DNA from: Octopus vulgaris | Taxonomy: Eukaryota | Assembly (NCBI GenBank): GCA_951406725.2 | Contig: OX597815.1 | Span: forward strand, 17,732,001 to 17,796,000 | DNA: 64,000 nucleotides | Direction of reading: 5' to 3' | Shown: in pieces, positions 12,486-26,230 of the stretch | Layout: each line of letters starts with the position of its first letter | Position numbering within the stretch: the first letter of the stretch is position 1 | The notes under the pieces: generated by a model | Database searches by the model: none | The model's input: the letters and a program-made list of their open reading frames with translations, nothing else | What the model was told of the DNA's origin: nothing | Program-made: the position numbers and the translations under genes

Positions 12486-12871
12486 TCTTTATATATAAAA
12501 GTGAAGTTGTGTGTCTGTCTCCTACGATTTAGATTCCTAACTACTCCCACATTTTGCGGTGCAGTTTAACCAAAACCGGGTATCTTATAGTCGTGATTCA
12601 TATCGAGCCCTTCTGGGTATTAGCGCGCGTCTACGATGACTCTACGATTTAAAAAATAATTTACCATCATTTTTTTCCATTTTAATGCATTTTTCGCTAT
12701 TATATAAAGGAAGTAACTCTCTAAAATTGTCTACGATGAGTCAAAGAGTTTTAAAAAAAATTACCATAGTTTTTTTCCCATTTTTAATGCATTTTTTTGC
12801 TATAACTCTCTAAAAATGCTTATATAGTTATTTCCCTTACAAACCCGAGCAACGCCGGGCGATACTGCTAG
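12486..12871 (+). mobile_element. Non-autonomous Helitron
   Basis: Starts A|TC, ends with hairpin cccgagcaacgccggg followed by CTAG|T; no TSD. Confidence 0.85.
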
Positions 12872-14126
12872 TTATTAATAAAACAGTGTTTGCAAGGAAA
12901 TGGCAGTACCTTTTAACGATTCGCAAGGTGTAATAAATGATGTTGGAAGAGATTGCCTTGTAGCCGGGGAAAATATTTATTCTTCAAGAAAATGTTAAAC
13001 TCCATGGATCTGATTACATCATATCTATAAGAAGAAATGTAATCTATTCGCTCTACACACGGAATAACATAACCATCATGAGGCAGAACCTTGTAAAGAA
13101 GAGAAAATTCTAACGGAAATGAAATTCACAGAAGTTGGTTTCCAGTCAGGTGAGATTATCAACGTAACCACTACAAGACATGGCTCACAGTTTCTTCATT
13201 TCGAAAATGTATGTAGACGTAAGCAAGATTATAGGAAGGCGGGTCGAAGAAAAGAGTATTTCATTGAATCCACCAATGTAGAAGAATAGACTCAAACACA
13301 GAGGAAAAGTACTTCCTCATATTCAGGCAATATGGTTAATTATTCCATGCAATAATTCCATTGGCTGATGTCGTATAAAATAATTCAAGAAGGTGATTTA
13401 TCAAATTAAGGGTGTCTTGTTACTTAAAAAGCGAAGCGCATTAGGTTTTATTTAAAATTAATAGGTCACAAAATTTTTGACACTAGGATCTTGTTGATGG
13501 GTAGTAATAAGAGATACGAGAAACAAATCATGTTAAACACAATAGTTTGACATTCAGTTCTATATCTTAAAACCATATAGTATTAGAAAATTTGAAAGTG
13601 AAACTACAAACGACTTCATTGATTATGAATCGACTAGTTAGAAGCAATTGGACAAACCTCCCCAAATTAACTTCGATCCAGTAAAATATCACAATGGAAA
13701 AGATAGTAACTTCAAATATCATACACTTGTACATTAAATATTATCTAAATAGCAGAACGGTGATTTAATAAATATACATATTTAGATAAGACACTGACTA
13801 AGAGTTGGTATTGTATGCCATACGATTGATATAGTACGACCAGAGTTCGTATTCATTGACAGTCATATTTGATAAAAAATGCAACCACAAAATATTAGAA
13901 TAGTATCTAACAAGTATTATGAGTTCGGTATTTGAAATAAGGACAATAGTTTTAAATTCAACATTTCATTTTATAAAATAATCTAAATGTCATTGTACGG
14001 AACACTCTACTATTAAATGGAAGATGATTTCATGGTCAGAAGCGTTGTCGAATGAGTACAAACGAAACAGAATAGGGTGAAATAGGAATAGTAATAAACA
14101 CATGATCACATGCACACATAAACACA

Positions 14127-14163
<37 letters not shown>

Positions 14164-14265
14164 GTATGTGTGTGTGTGTGTGTGTGTATGGATATATACA
14201 CACAGGTACAGGCATAATTGTGTGTATGTATATAGCTGTCAATTGTGGAATACGATTGTCACAAC

Positions 14266-14307
14266 ATAAACCTGATGAGTGCGTAACGCATGAAAGCACT
14301 AGTTTAT
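14266..14307 (+). ncRNA. Minimal type I hammerhead ribozyme, canonical core
   Basis: ATAAAC-CTGATGA-GTGCG TAA CGCAT-GAAA-GCAC-TA-GTTTAT: 6-bp stem I, intact CUGAUGA and GAAA, 5-bp stem II, very short stem III. Confidence 0.8.
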
Positions 14308-14407
14308 TTCAATATTGTAAAATTGTAACTAATAATACGTGAAAATCAGACGAGGTTAGAATTTCATTGATAGATATATTTTTCTATACACAATCATAGA
14401 AACTCGG

Positions 14408-14598
14408 ATATATATATATATATATATATATATGAATGTATATATATATATATATGAATGTATATATATATATATATATATATGAATGTATATATATATA
14501 TATGTATGTATATATATATATATATGAATGTATATATATATATATATATGAATGTATATATATATATATATATGAATGTATATATATATATATGAATG

Positions 14599-14675
<77 letters not shown>

Positions 14676-14852
14676 ATATATATATATATGTATGTATGTA
14701 TGTATATATATATATATGTATCTATATATATATATATATATACTTATCTATCTACCTATATATACACACACATACACATATATATATACGTATCTCTCTC
14801 TCTCTCTCTCTCTCTCTCAGTATATATATATATACACACACGTATCTATCTA

Positions 14853-14889
<37 letters not shown>

Positions 14890-14900
14890 GTATCTATCTA

Positions 14901-14933
<33 letters not shown>

Positions 14934-15625
14934 GTATCTATCTATCTATATATATATCTATATATATATACATATCTATATCTATATACATATGTGTGTG
15001 TGTATGTATATATATATACATACACATATTCGCATACACACGAAAGTTTACTGGGGAAAACTGTGAGTGTGTGTACATACATTTGTACACACACACACAC
15101 ACACACACACATACATACAAATAAGGTTACGAACTACATCATATCATATCATATATTAGGAAACATTTTTCTCAGCTCAAAACAATTCCAAATAATGGAC
15201 ATACAGAACAGATCCAACCGATCTAGAAATAACTTGCACCGAAGAGACTAGGATTCGGTTTCCTTGGTCAATGTTTCACTTAATTAGACCTTATTGTTTG
15301 ATAGTGTCACTTAATACAAACAACGGTTTTTCAGAAACATTAGCCACAACAAATATACAAAGCACACGCTGAAAGATGAGTCTAGTGGAGAAACATTGCA
15401 GACAACTAAGATGAAATATGTGCGATACGATTCTGATAGGTTGTTAGTGCTTTGCCATTTGTGTAACTTTGTGCAGCGAGATGTCACGCAATATCAGTGG
15501 ATTGTGCACTGAAATAAGGCGGACATATATATATAGATATACATACATACATATATATACATACATAGTAAGATAAATACAGACACAAACATATATATAT
15601 ACACGTATATCTATCTATCTATCTA

Positions 15626-15676
<51 letters not shown>

Positions 15677-15708
15677 GTGTATATATATGTACTTATATAT
15701 ACACACGT

Positions 15709-15751
<43 letters not shown>

Positions 15752-15801
15752 ATACACACACACACACACACTGTATATATATGTACTTATATATACACAC
15801 G

Positions 15802-15833
<32 letters not shown>

Positions 15834-15862
15834 TGTATATATATGTACTTATATATACACAC

Positions 15863-15908
<46 letters not shown>

Positions 15909-16169
15909 TTATATACACACATGTATATGTATATATATATATATATATATATACATATACATGCAAATATATCTACATATATATGTATTTGTGTATATAT
16001 ATATAAATATATATATGCATATATACGTATACACATACCTAGATAAACGTGTGTATATGAGCATATATACATATATATGCACATATGCATACCTATACAA
16101 ATGCATACTACATACCTTTATACACAGGCACACACACACACACGCACACATACGTCCTTGTACACACAC

Positions 16170-16212
<43 letters not shown>

Positions 16213-16386
16213 TATATATGCAAGCCTCATAAATACTTTATTAATAAAGCTGCAAAGACATCACAAACTGCCCTCAGAGTTTCACGTTCCTGTTCATCGA
16301 GACATATATACATATATATGCACATATGCATACCTATACAAATGCATACTACATACCTTTATACACAGGCACTTAAATACATACAT

Positions 16387-16419
<33 letters not shown>

Positions 16420-16420
16420 T

Positions 16421-16462
<42 letters not shown>

Positions 16463-16677
16463 GTATGTATATATAAGTATATATGTGAATACGTATGTAT
16501 ATATATGCTTTTATATATACGCAGATACATATGAATACACATACATACATGTAGTATATATGGATGTCCGTGTATGCCTGTTTATATACATACATATGCA
16601 CGTTTATATTTACATAGACATGCATAAATGTACATGTACGTGTGTGTGTATATACAGAGAGGGAGAGAGAGAGAGGG

Positions 16678-16712
<35 letters not shown>

Positions 16713-17054
16713 TTGGGCATATTTGATCAATATATAGAAAGACAAATAAACATTTTCTGGTAGTGGGACAAATAAATGAAACCAAACTAAATGAATTTTA
16801 TGTGATTGGGACTTCAGACTTCGAGTTTCACATTATCGACTTTTTTTTTTCGTGTATGTACTTGTCTGTATGTGTATATGTGTGTATGCATACATACATG
16901 TGTGTAGATATGTATATATTTAGATATGTGTATTTATAAATACATATATGTATTTATGCATGTATATATACATACATATATGTATGCACACATATCTGTG
17001 TGTGAGTCTATATATTTATATACATATATATATATAATATAAGCATATATACAT

Positions 17055-17094
<40 letters not shown>

Positions 17095-18021
17095 GTACCC
17101 ATATTTATGTACCCATATTTATGTACGCATATATGTGTGTGTGTATTTATCTATGTTTATATACATACATATATATACATACACACACATATATATATAT
17201 GTACACACACACATATATACACATATATATATATATATTCATACACACACACATATATATGTACACACACACACATATATATACACACACAAACATATAT
17301 ATATATAGATAGATATATACTTATGTGTGTGTGTGTATGTATATATATATATATATATACATATACATACATGCACATATATATATGTGTGTGTATATAT
17401 ATATGTATATATGTATGTATACACATATGCTCTCGCTCCTTTTATCTAAAACTTATCCAGTATAGTAAAACGTGGCACTAAGTTCAGATTTTAGCTTCAA
17501 GTGTTCTAATTCCCATCTGTTGATTGCAGACCTTTCTACCTCCGAAAGTGATTAATTTTACTTAACGGTAAAGTCAATCCCCTTTTGCTTGTTAGGGTAT
17601 AAAATTATTTAGGAACTCAAATATTGTTTTATACATATGGATAGCCTGACGAAATATGAAACCCTTCGTCATATGGTTAAATTAATATGCTGCATGGATC
17701 CTTTTTTCGTTTTCCCCATGATTTGCATTGGCCAGAATTTCTAAAAACTTGTTTTATGTGTTGATTGCATATGATGTTGTGAAGGCGTGTAGTAATTAGC
17801 ATTCGAATCCCATATTCAGATCCACAAAAAAAAAACTTAAGATAAATCATATACTATCTATTATATAAGACTTAGAACAGTTTATTTCATAAACTATTGT
17901 GTAAGCAAATCATCATATTATGGAAATATACACACAATTATATTTACTCATACCAATTCCTTTACAATTGAAGACACACCTATCTCTCTATTTTTTTTTA
18001 AATGACTTTTCTTTACACACA

Positions 18022-18061
<40 letters not shown>

Positions 18062-18218
18062 ATTATTATTATTAATATTAATATATACATATATATATTA
18101 TTAATATTAATATATATATATATATATATTATTAATAATATTATTAATATTAATATTAATATATATATATATATTATTAATAATATTATTAATATTAATA
18201 TTAATATATATATTATTC

Positions 18219-18271
<53 letters not shown>

Positions 18272-18296
18272 TATTATTAATATATATATATATATA
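14408..18296. repeat. Large interrupted compound (TA)n/(CA)n/(GA)n microsatellite field
   Basis: Visible directly; includes higher-order units such as (TA)n-TGAATG and acacgtgtatatatatgtacttat. Confidence 0.95.
16221..16303 (-). mobile_element. Short Penelope-like terminal-repeat remnant with decayed hammerhead motif
   Basis: Minus strand TCGATGA-ACAG GAA CGT-GAAA-CTC T GAG-GG; core and cleavage triplet mutated; embedded in TA-rich microsatellite. Confidence 0.4.
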
Positions 18297-19071
18297 AGTG
18301 TGTTTATGTTTTATATGTCATCCAATTTGTATAAGATAGAAACAAAGTCATAAGTTCAATCTGAATAAGTTCCTTATTATTTTCGAGCAACAGTGTAACC
18401 CTTGCCCTTATCAGGGGCCATTTTACTTTTGGGGGGTAACATCTTGAGAAATTAAGAAATATTATATTATTATAATAAAATTTAAACTTCATAGATAGTT
18501 TAAAATAATATATATCAGCATTTAGATATTTGAAACTAGTTACAAGTACATTTATAATTCTACTTAAAGACACTTATTTCAATTACTGTTGGAGGAAAAG
18601 AAGACAAGGGAAAGGGTTTTTCTGAAGGGCTGGCATTAAGCACAAATTTTAGGCTTTAAATATAGACTACATATAAATATAGACTATATATAAATATAGA
18701 CTGCATATAAATATTTTATCAAATTTATTTGAAATTCGCTGTACTTAACAGTACAGATTCATATAAACGCATAAGTGAACTTTAACATGCATTTTGTTCA
18801 TATAAACAATGATATAAAAGTCAAAATTTAATCAATGGTAAAAAGTGTTTAATGTGCATTTATAAGGGTGTCTTTAATAAAGAAAAGAGAAAAAATGGTA
18901 AGGCAAATGTGCAAGGATTCGGCAAATCACAATTAACAACAACAGCAACTATATATAATAGCTATAATTGTACACAACATTGGAGAGCACTATTACAACT
19001 ACGGCTGACAATAAGTGGTGACGGTTGAGGGGCGAGTGCGAAACCACAGAGTAAAATAATGAGTAGCCTAC

Positions 19072-19115
19072 CAGGCAATGAGTATGACGTCCAAGATGTG
19101 CAGATCTACCACCAT
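19072..19115 (-). CDS. Putative first coding exon of an unidentified host gene (MVVDLHILDVILIA…, signal-peptide-like)
   Basis: gctATGG start context, 14 mostly hydrophobic codons plus TG, then donor gtaggc; lies downstream of a TE-free CpG-richer region. Confidence 0.4.
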
Positions 19116-19897
19116 AGCGAAGCTGTTTAGTTTCAGTACCACAGAGAAATATTTGGAAAAAATTGCTGACTGTGTTAAAGCTTGGAAAGTAGTTGACGGG
19201 TGTGTTTATTTGTTGTTGATTGTTGCTTCTGGTAATCTGAGCAACTGGAACAATTTTTACAAGGTAATGAAGAAGAAGAAGAAGAAGAAGAAGAAGAAGA
19301 AGGAGAAATCAAAATAGATAAAGTAGAGTCAAGTCGTTTCGATTGATTCGATTCGGTCGGTGTAGAACCGGTATTTAAGTATGCAATGAACTTACAAACA
19401 TTGGGAAATTCCGTCCAGGACTGGCTTGTGTCGTTGAAGTAATGGGACAAACCGGACGAAAACGGAGGCGGGGGAAACGTTGGTGGGGGGGGGGGGGACA
19501 AAAATGAAAATAAAAAAAAACTGGTGGAAATAAAAAGAGAAACTAAAACTGACAACAGGAAAGCAATGGAAATCTTAAATATTTACCGGGAGAAGAAAGA
19601 AAGTAAAAAAAAACGACAACCACCAACTAAAAAGGATAGTTTGGAGATATGAAAAAAGGAAATTAAAAGCAAAACAAAACAAAAAATAGCAAACAGATAG
19701 GTAACTGGGTTAAATAGATACTTTTCGGGAATTAGGAAGTGAAGATCGATAATTGGGGGAGGAGACACAACAAAAAAAAAAACACTATAAAAAAAAATAA
19801 ACGAAAGGGAATCAACCAGAAATGGATGATGTGATAAAAAATATTTCTACATAAAAAAAAAACATCAGAAGTATTATAGTAGAGACGAAACTGGTGA

Positions 19898-19953
<56 letters not shown>

Positions 19954-20016
19954 CCAAGGCACACAGAGCTGCGCTCGGTAGTGAAGTGAAAGCACGCTAT
20001 AAAAAAAATAAAACTA

Positions 20017-20079
<63 letters not shown>

Positions 20080-21500
20080 GATAAATTAACAGGGATTTAT
20101 CATAGAGTAAAAAAGAAAAACAACTAAATGTAAAGGAATCGAAATCAAAACAAAGGAACAAAAACTATAGTAAAAGATACAGACTGGAATATAATCGAAT
20201 AATTGTTGAGATATATATATATATTTTTTTTAGAGTGTAGGCGAAGGACGGAAAGCGTTTAAATAAATAAGCAACATAGGCAGTGGGTGAAAGAAAACGA
20301 ATTGAAATTATTTGATTGGATCGAAGTATCTCCGAACAACAGAGATGGTAAGTTCACTTCCTGGAAAAAGACAAATAAAGAAAGAAAGAAAAAAGAAAAA
20401 GGAAAGGAAGGGAAGAAACAAAAAAGAAGACGACGGGCTTTCTAAGGAAAACTCAACTAATTAAAGGTAAAAAAAGAGGGGTGAAATATATAAAAGGGAA
20501 CAGGGGGTTTGAAAAAGTAGCAAATTTTTGGAAGTGGTTTTTTTCCTACAGAGAAAAAAACAGAGGACACTTGAAAACAAATGTGTGTTGATGCTTGGTA
20601 ATAATAACTACTTCTTCCACTCTCTCGTTTATTAACGAAGTGTTACGCTTGGTAACACATGAATTCCTTCGATTCTGTGTCACTGTTGTTATTTTATAAT
20701 ACTTTTTCTTTAATTCTCCTCTCTCTCTCGCTCGCTCGCTCGCTCTTTCGCTCGTTGTGTCTCTATCCCTCTTTATCCGCGACAGTCTTGTTAACTTAAC
20801 AGATATATATATATATATTTATATATATATATATATGTATATATCTAAAGGTTTGTCCGTTTTTCACCCGAGCTTGCTTGTCACCAGCTGGTGGAGTTCA
20901 TTTTTAATATTATACAACGGGAAACAACAAGTCTTGGCAACTCTCCGCTGAGATCACACGCGCGCAGAAGCGCGGTGTGTGTAATCCAATTGCTTATACA
21001 TAAAAGAGGCGACGTTGACTTGCTGTTGTCGCTAGAAGTAGCAGCGGTGGAGGCGGCAGCAGCAGCGATGGAGGAGATGCTAGCGGTGGTCGTCATCTGA
21101 AGTAGCAGAAAACAAGAGATGAGATGAAGTCCCAGGCCAACAACACAATAGAGAGGAGAAGAGAGATATGTACAATACACAATCACGACTACCACCACCA
21201 GCAGCGCTAGTTGCAAGTAAAGTACCGTGCTGCTGCTGTTGATGATGATGGCTGTGGCTGCTGACAAACCCGTCCCTCAAACATAAACACATACACACAC
21301 GAGCGCGCGCAAAGCTTCGAGATTTCCATTCAGAGATGGGAAGCAAAAAAAAATCGATCAGATTCAGAGAAGCGCGCCCAGACGCGCACGTGCATGCACG
21401 CACACACAGACACAGTCAGTCAGTCAGTCAGCCAATTCCTCCTTCTCTCTCTCTGTCTCTCCCGCTCTCTGTCTCTTTCTCTCTCTCTCTCTCTCATGGT
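19116..21500 (-). promoter_or_regulatory. Probable promoter and long 5'UTR region
   Basis: No recognisable TEs over about 3.7 kb; GC/CpG enrichment at 20880-21420; CAG/GCA runs; (CT)n/GAGA tracts at 20720-20775 and 21443-21495; strong purine skew. Confidence 0.5.
19899..20080. repeat. Two (AAT)n microsatellites
   Basis: Visible directly. Confidence 0.9.
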
Positions 21501-21986
21501 GATTCTGAGGCTAACCACGGAGTTTTAGCAGTCTTGCAGTCATGGGATTTTCTAATGATATACATCAGACTATATAACACTATATACTTTCAATCTGTTA
21601 TCTAAACAACATTGTTTTTAGTTATATAAATTCATTCATATCCAACCGAATAAACGAAACGGCTCTCACTTCTAACTAATTAAGCAAGCTTACTCAATCA
21701 ATCTCAATCGCCACACGAGAGCACTTTCAATTGGACGAGTTTTTTTTTTTTTCAAAACTTAACCAATTCAAACCCCACCTACTTACTCCACAATCCGTCA
21801 TATTTCGGGAGTTTTTGAACTTGTCAACTTAGCAAACAAATGTTGATAGGAATTGTTCATATCGAATCTCTCTCTTTCTCTCTCTCCATTTCATTTCTTC
21901 GCTTCATATATTTTCTAATTTTACCATCGGATTTTTCGTGACGTTATTATTATTATAGACCAGGAAAAGGATGTAAATGAGTACAG

Positions 21987-22047
<61 letters not shown>

Positions 22048-22084
22048 TTACATACGCATGCATGTTCTTTTTATTCTTTATTCT

Positions 22085-22305
22085 TTTTTTTACTTGTCTC
22101 AGTCATTTGACTGCGGCCATGCTGGAGCACCGCCTTTCAAGTCGAGCAAATCGACCCCCTCCCCCCAGGACTTATTCTTTGTAAGCCTAGTACTTATTCT
22201 ATCGGTCTCTCTTTTGCCGAACCGCTAAGTTACGGGGACGTAAACACACCAGCATCGGTTGTCAAGCGATGTTGGAGGAACAAACACAGACACACAAACA
22301 TATAC

Positions 22306-22366
<61 letters not shown>

Positions 22367-22639
22367 CATACATATATATATATATATATATACATACATA
22401 TATATATATATATACATACATACATATATATATACATATATATATATATATACATACATATATATATATACATATACGACGGGCTCCTTCCAGTTTCCGT
22501 CTACCAAATCCTCTTACATGGCTTTGGTCGGCCAGAGGCTATAGTAGAAGACACTTACCCAAGGTGCAACGCAGTGGGACTGAACCCAGAACCATGTGGT
22601 TGGTAAGCAAGCTACTTACCACATAGCCACACCTACGCC
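22085..22639 (-). mobile_element. SINE family A, full length, with internal expanded microsatellite
   Basis: Minus-strand head ggcgtaggtgtggctatgtggtaag…gggttcagtccc, CORE-like ccttgggtaagtgtctt segment, internal (TA/TG)n, tail shared with 1-200. Confidence 0.88.
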
Positions 22640-22676
22640 TATATATATATATATAACTTTAAAAGATAAATTCACA

Positions 22677-22716
<40 letters not shown>

Positions 22717-23047
22717 TCTCTCTACACACACATATGGATTGGTTAGAATTCCGATCATGAGTGTTCAGCTGTTCGATTAATTGAACTACCAGGCTCAGTG
22801 AATTGGTGTGGAAGTGAAGTGACTGTATTTTCCAGACACGCGCAACAACCTTAATCTATATTTAAAGCAGAGATCAGCGTGACACACAGTGTGACAAAAC
22901 AAGACTTCTAAATCACAGGTACACCTCCATCTAATGGGCTTTCTCCATAGATTCCTTTTCGCTTGTTCCTCTCACAAAGTATGGGTCAACCCAAAGCCAC
23001 AAAAAACGGGACTTGCATAAGGTGCACTGCAGCGGAATCTAATTGAT

Positions 23048-23134
<87 letters not shown>

Positions 23135-23138
<4 letters not shown>

Positions 23139-23248
23139 CTGCTCGCTTAGCCAGCGGGGTGGTGTCATTCGAAGGCTAAAACAATGCGAACGCATTGTGA
23201 CCAGCGATGTGTAACAACATCTGATGGTCTGGTCGGTCACGTGATCAT

Positions 23249-23291
<43 letters not shown>

Positions 23292-23590
23292 AGGCACAAT
23301 GGCCCAGTGGTTAGGGTAGCGGACTCCCGGACGTAGGATCGCGGTTTCGATTCCCAGGCCGGGCGTTGTCAGTGTTTATTGAGCGAAAACACCTAAAGAA
23401 GCTCCACGAGGCTCCAGCAGGGTGTGGTGGCGATCCCTGCTGTACTCTTTCGCCGCAACTTTCTCTCACTCTTCTGTCGGCCTGCTCGCTTAGCCAGCGG
23501 GGTGGCATCATTTGAAGGCTAAAACAATGCGAAGTGCATTGTGACCAGCGATGTGTAGCAACATCTGATAGTCTGGTCGATCACGTGATA
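23135..23590 (+). mobile_element. Variant family B SINE with alternative 3' tail (23289-23590) plus a tail-only copy (23135-23252), both in (TA)n
   Basis: Family B head up to caactttctctcactctt, then a different tail ggcctgctcgcttagccagcgggg…cacgtgatata that also occurs alone upstream. Confidence 0.85.
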
Positions 23591-23847
23591 TATATATATA
23601 TTGTTCTTTCAATCGTTTCAGCCCAAAAGCTGTAACCATACTGACCATACACGTACACACCACGCTGCAATTGTTTATATATATAGCCGAGATATAAGTA
23701 GTAAGTATGAAATTAAATTAAAATTCTTTTATATGGTGGGATGAAGGGGCTTACTATCTCTAAATGAAAAATATATATATATATATATATATATACACAC
23801 GCATATATATATATATATATATATACAGAGAGAGAGAGAGAGAGAGA

Positions 23848-24040
23848 TGTTTGTACCTTTGTGACTGTTTGTCCCCACCTCATCAACGCTTGACAGCTGG
23901 TGTTGGTGTGTTTACATCCCTGTAATCTAGCAGTTCAGCAAAAGAACCCAATAGAACAGGTACTTGGCTTCAAAAAAAAAAATCTCTGGGTTGATCTGCT
24001 TGGCCTAAGGATAGCGACAGAATAGCCACAGTCAAATAAA
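23848..24040 (+). mobile_element. Diverged 3' half of SINE family A
   Basis: Colinear similarity to 1-200. Confidence 0.7.
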
Positions 24041-24109
24041 TGAAATAAGTAATAAGACAATATATATATCCAGAGATTTTCTCGGACCATAACTTAATAG
24101 AACTAACAA

Positions 24110-24765
24110 TGTATGGGTCCTCAGAAGACTACAGACATGCAGGCTACTAGAAGTACCCAAATCCTCTTCAGCCTGAACTTTCACAAAGCTGATTGGAAGG
24201 GTATCGAGAAAGAGGTCATGGAACATAATTGGTCAGCCAGTCTCTCTACAGAAGACATTGACATAAAGCTACAACACTTTATGACAATCATGCATGACAT
24301 CTGCAGTGAGTTTGCTCCAGGGAGAATGCCAAGCCAACAGAAAATATATAATACACAGGGATAGGAGGATTCTATTGAGACGACGAGCAAAAATCTCAAA
24401 TCGTCTAAATGGGCCACTAAAGGATAACAAATGATCCCACCTCAAATGAACATTGTTCGAGATCGAAAATGAACTCAAACGATCCCATGAAAAAGAGAGG
24501 GCAGGAAAGAGACCAGGGCTGTCAAAAATATTAAGACAAACCCTAAAGCCTTCTAAAGATATGCAAAAGAATCTACTTCAGTACGGTGCAAAATAGGGCC
24601 TCTACTTGAAGACTGCAGGCTCCCAGAGGATCAGTGAAATACTGAATGTGCAATACAAGAGTGCTTTCACCACTTCACTCGGACTCTTGCATGTAGCTAT
24701 GCCTGATGAGTTTTTTTGGCCCCACAGATTTACGCAACAAAATGGCAATTATTGACAGCATCAAC
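24110..24765 (+). pseudogene. CR1-like LINE ORF2 fragment (between endonuclease and RT)
   Basis: LNFHKADWKGI…NW…F…ICSEFAP and NIKTNPKAF*RYAK…KIGPLL motifs; stops and frameshifts. Confidence 0.75.
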
Positions 24766-24921
24766 ATATATATGTATGATTGCCGGTAAAGGTTTTAGCT
24801 GCCAATTCTGTACAAGACATTGTAGATCTTTAGCTGGGCTAAAAAGTCACATTAGATCACAGCATCAATAACAATTAAGCTTCGTGCAATGGCCATACTC
24901 GATAACGAGGGGGCAGCCATC

Positions 24922-24991
<70 letters not shown>

Positions 24992-25816
24992 TAGAGATAA
25001 AATAAGTTCAAAGAGAACAATTCCAAGTTTTTGTGGGGATCCAAGCAAAAAGAGAGAAAAGGTGATTTCTAATAAAGATTCATCATATTCATGAAAATCA
25101 GCCAAAGGAGGTAGTAAGAATATGAAAATGATATTTGAGGAGATTCGTTATGGGTATAAGAATATACCAGAAACAATTATAAAAATGGAGAAACGATGTT
25201 GAATCAGAAATAATTTTATTACAAAACTGGATTCAATGCATACGTAGGTTTCGAAAAACAATGCAAGTATGTGTGAAAAAAATTTTAATCATAGTAATTA
25301 TAATCATAATTAAAATTTGATTTATGCATTGTCATTCTCATCAGTGTGAGGAATCTTTTGGAGAACATCAAAAAAGTTTAATAAGAAGAAATAAAATAAA
25401 ATAAAATAACATAAAAATAAAAATAAAATAAGATACAATAATAAGAGAATACACATGGGGTAATAAGGAAAAATCGGATAATTTGCAAACAAAATTATGA
25501 AAAGGAAAAATAATGCTAACAACAACAACAGTGGGAGACGACGAAAAAGAAAACGAAAAAGAAAGACATATCAATGTGTATGCAAGTCTATGTATGTAGT
25601 AAAACTATAACATAAGAATCTAACGAATATGTCTAAAAAAAGATAATAACAGGTCGAGACGAAATACAAAGTAAACAAGGCCACGTGTTCCTAGGAGAGT
25701 ACAGCGGAACAATTTCACTAGGAGAAGAAAAGCCATAGGGAGTTATACGTATACATAGTAATATTGAAAAACGAATACATACATACTTATATATATATAT
25801 ATATATATATACATGC

Positions 25817-25857
<41 letters not shown>

Positions 25858-25897
25858 CATATATACATATACATATATACATATATACATACATATA

Positions 25898-25967
<70 letters not shown>

Positions 25968-26053
25968 CATATATACATACATACATATATATATACATAC
26001 ATACATATATACATACATATATACATACATACATATATATATGTATGTATGTA

Positions 26054-26230
26054 TAGGGAGAGGTTACGAAAAACAACAACAAAAGACGAAGACAGGTGGT
26101 GTAGAAAACAAACAGATGTATTAGTATAACGCTCAGGAATATAAAAAAGTCTTTTACGTTTCGAGCCTACGCTCTTCTACAGAAGAGGACACAGAAAACA
26201 AGGAGAGAGCATAAATGTGTGTAGTGGCTA
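26054..26230 (-). mobile_element. Penelope-like terminal repeat P1 with hammerhead-like motif (26150-26187)
   Basis: Minus strand CTGTAGA-A-GAGC GTAG GCTC-GAAA-CG-TA-AAAGAC; joined directly to the Penelope ORF fragment and ends at (TA)n. Confidence 0.75.

Noticed and set aside
12150-13300. Faint mariner-like debris around the Helitron
   Set aside because: Too decayed to define ends or motifs by eye.
17646-17676. CTGACGA-AATAT-GAAA…GTC hammerhead-like string
   Set aside because: No stem I pairing and only 1-2 bp in stems II and III; may be chance.
14436-18271. Many long ORFs rich in Y/I/H/T/C/V
   Set aside because: Translations of dinucleotide microsatellites, which lack stop codons by composition.
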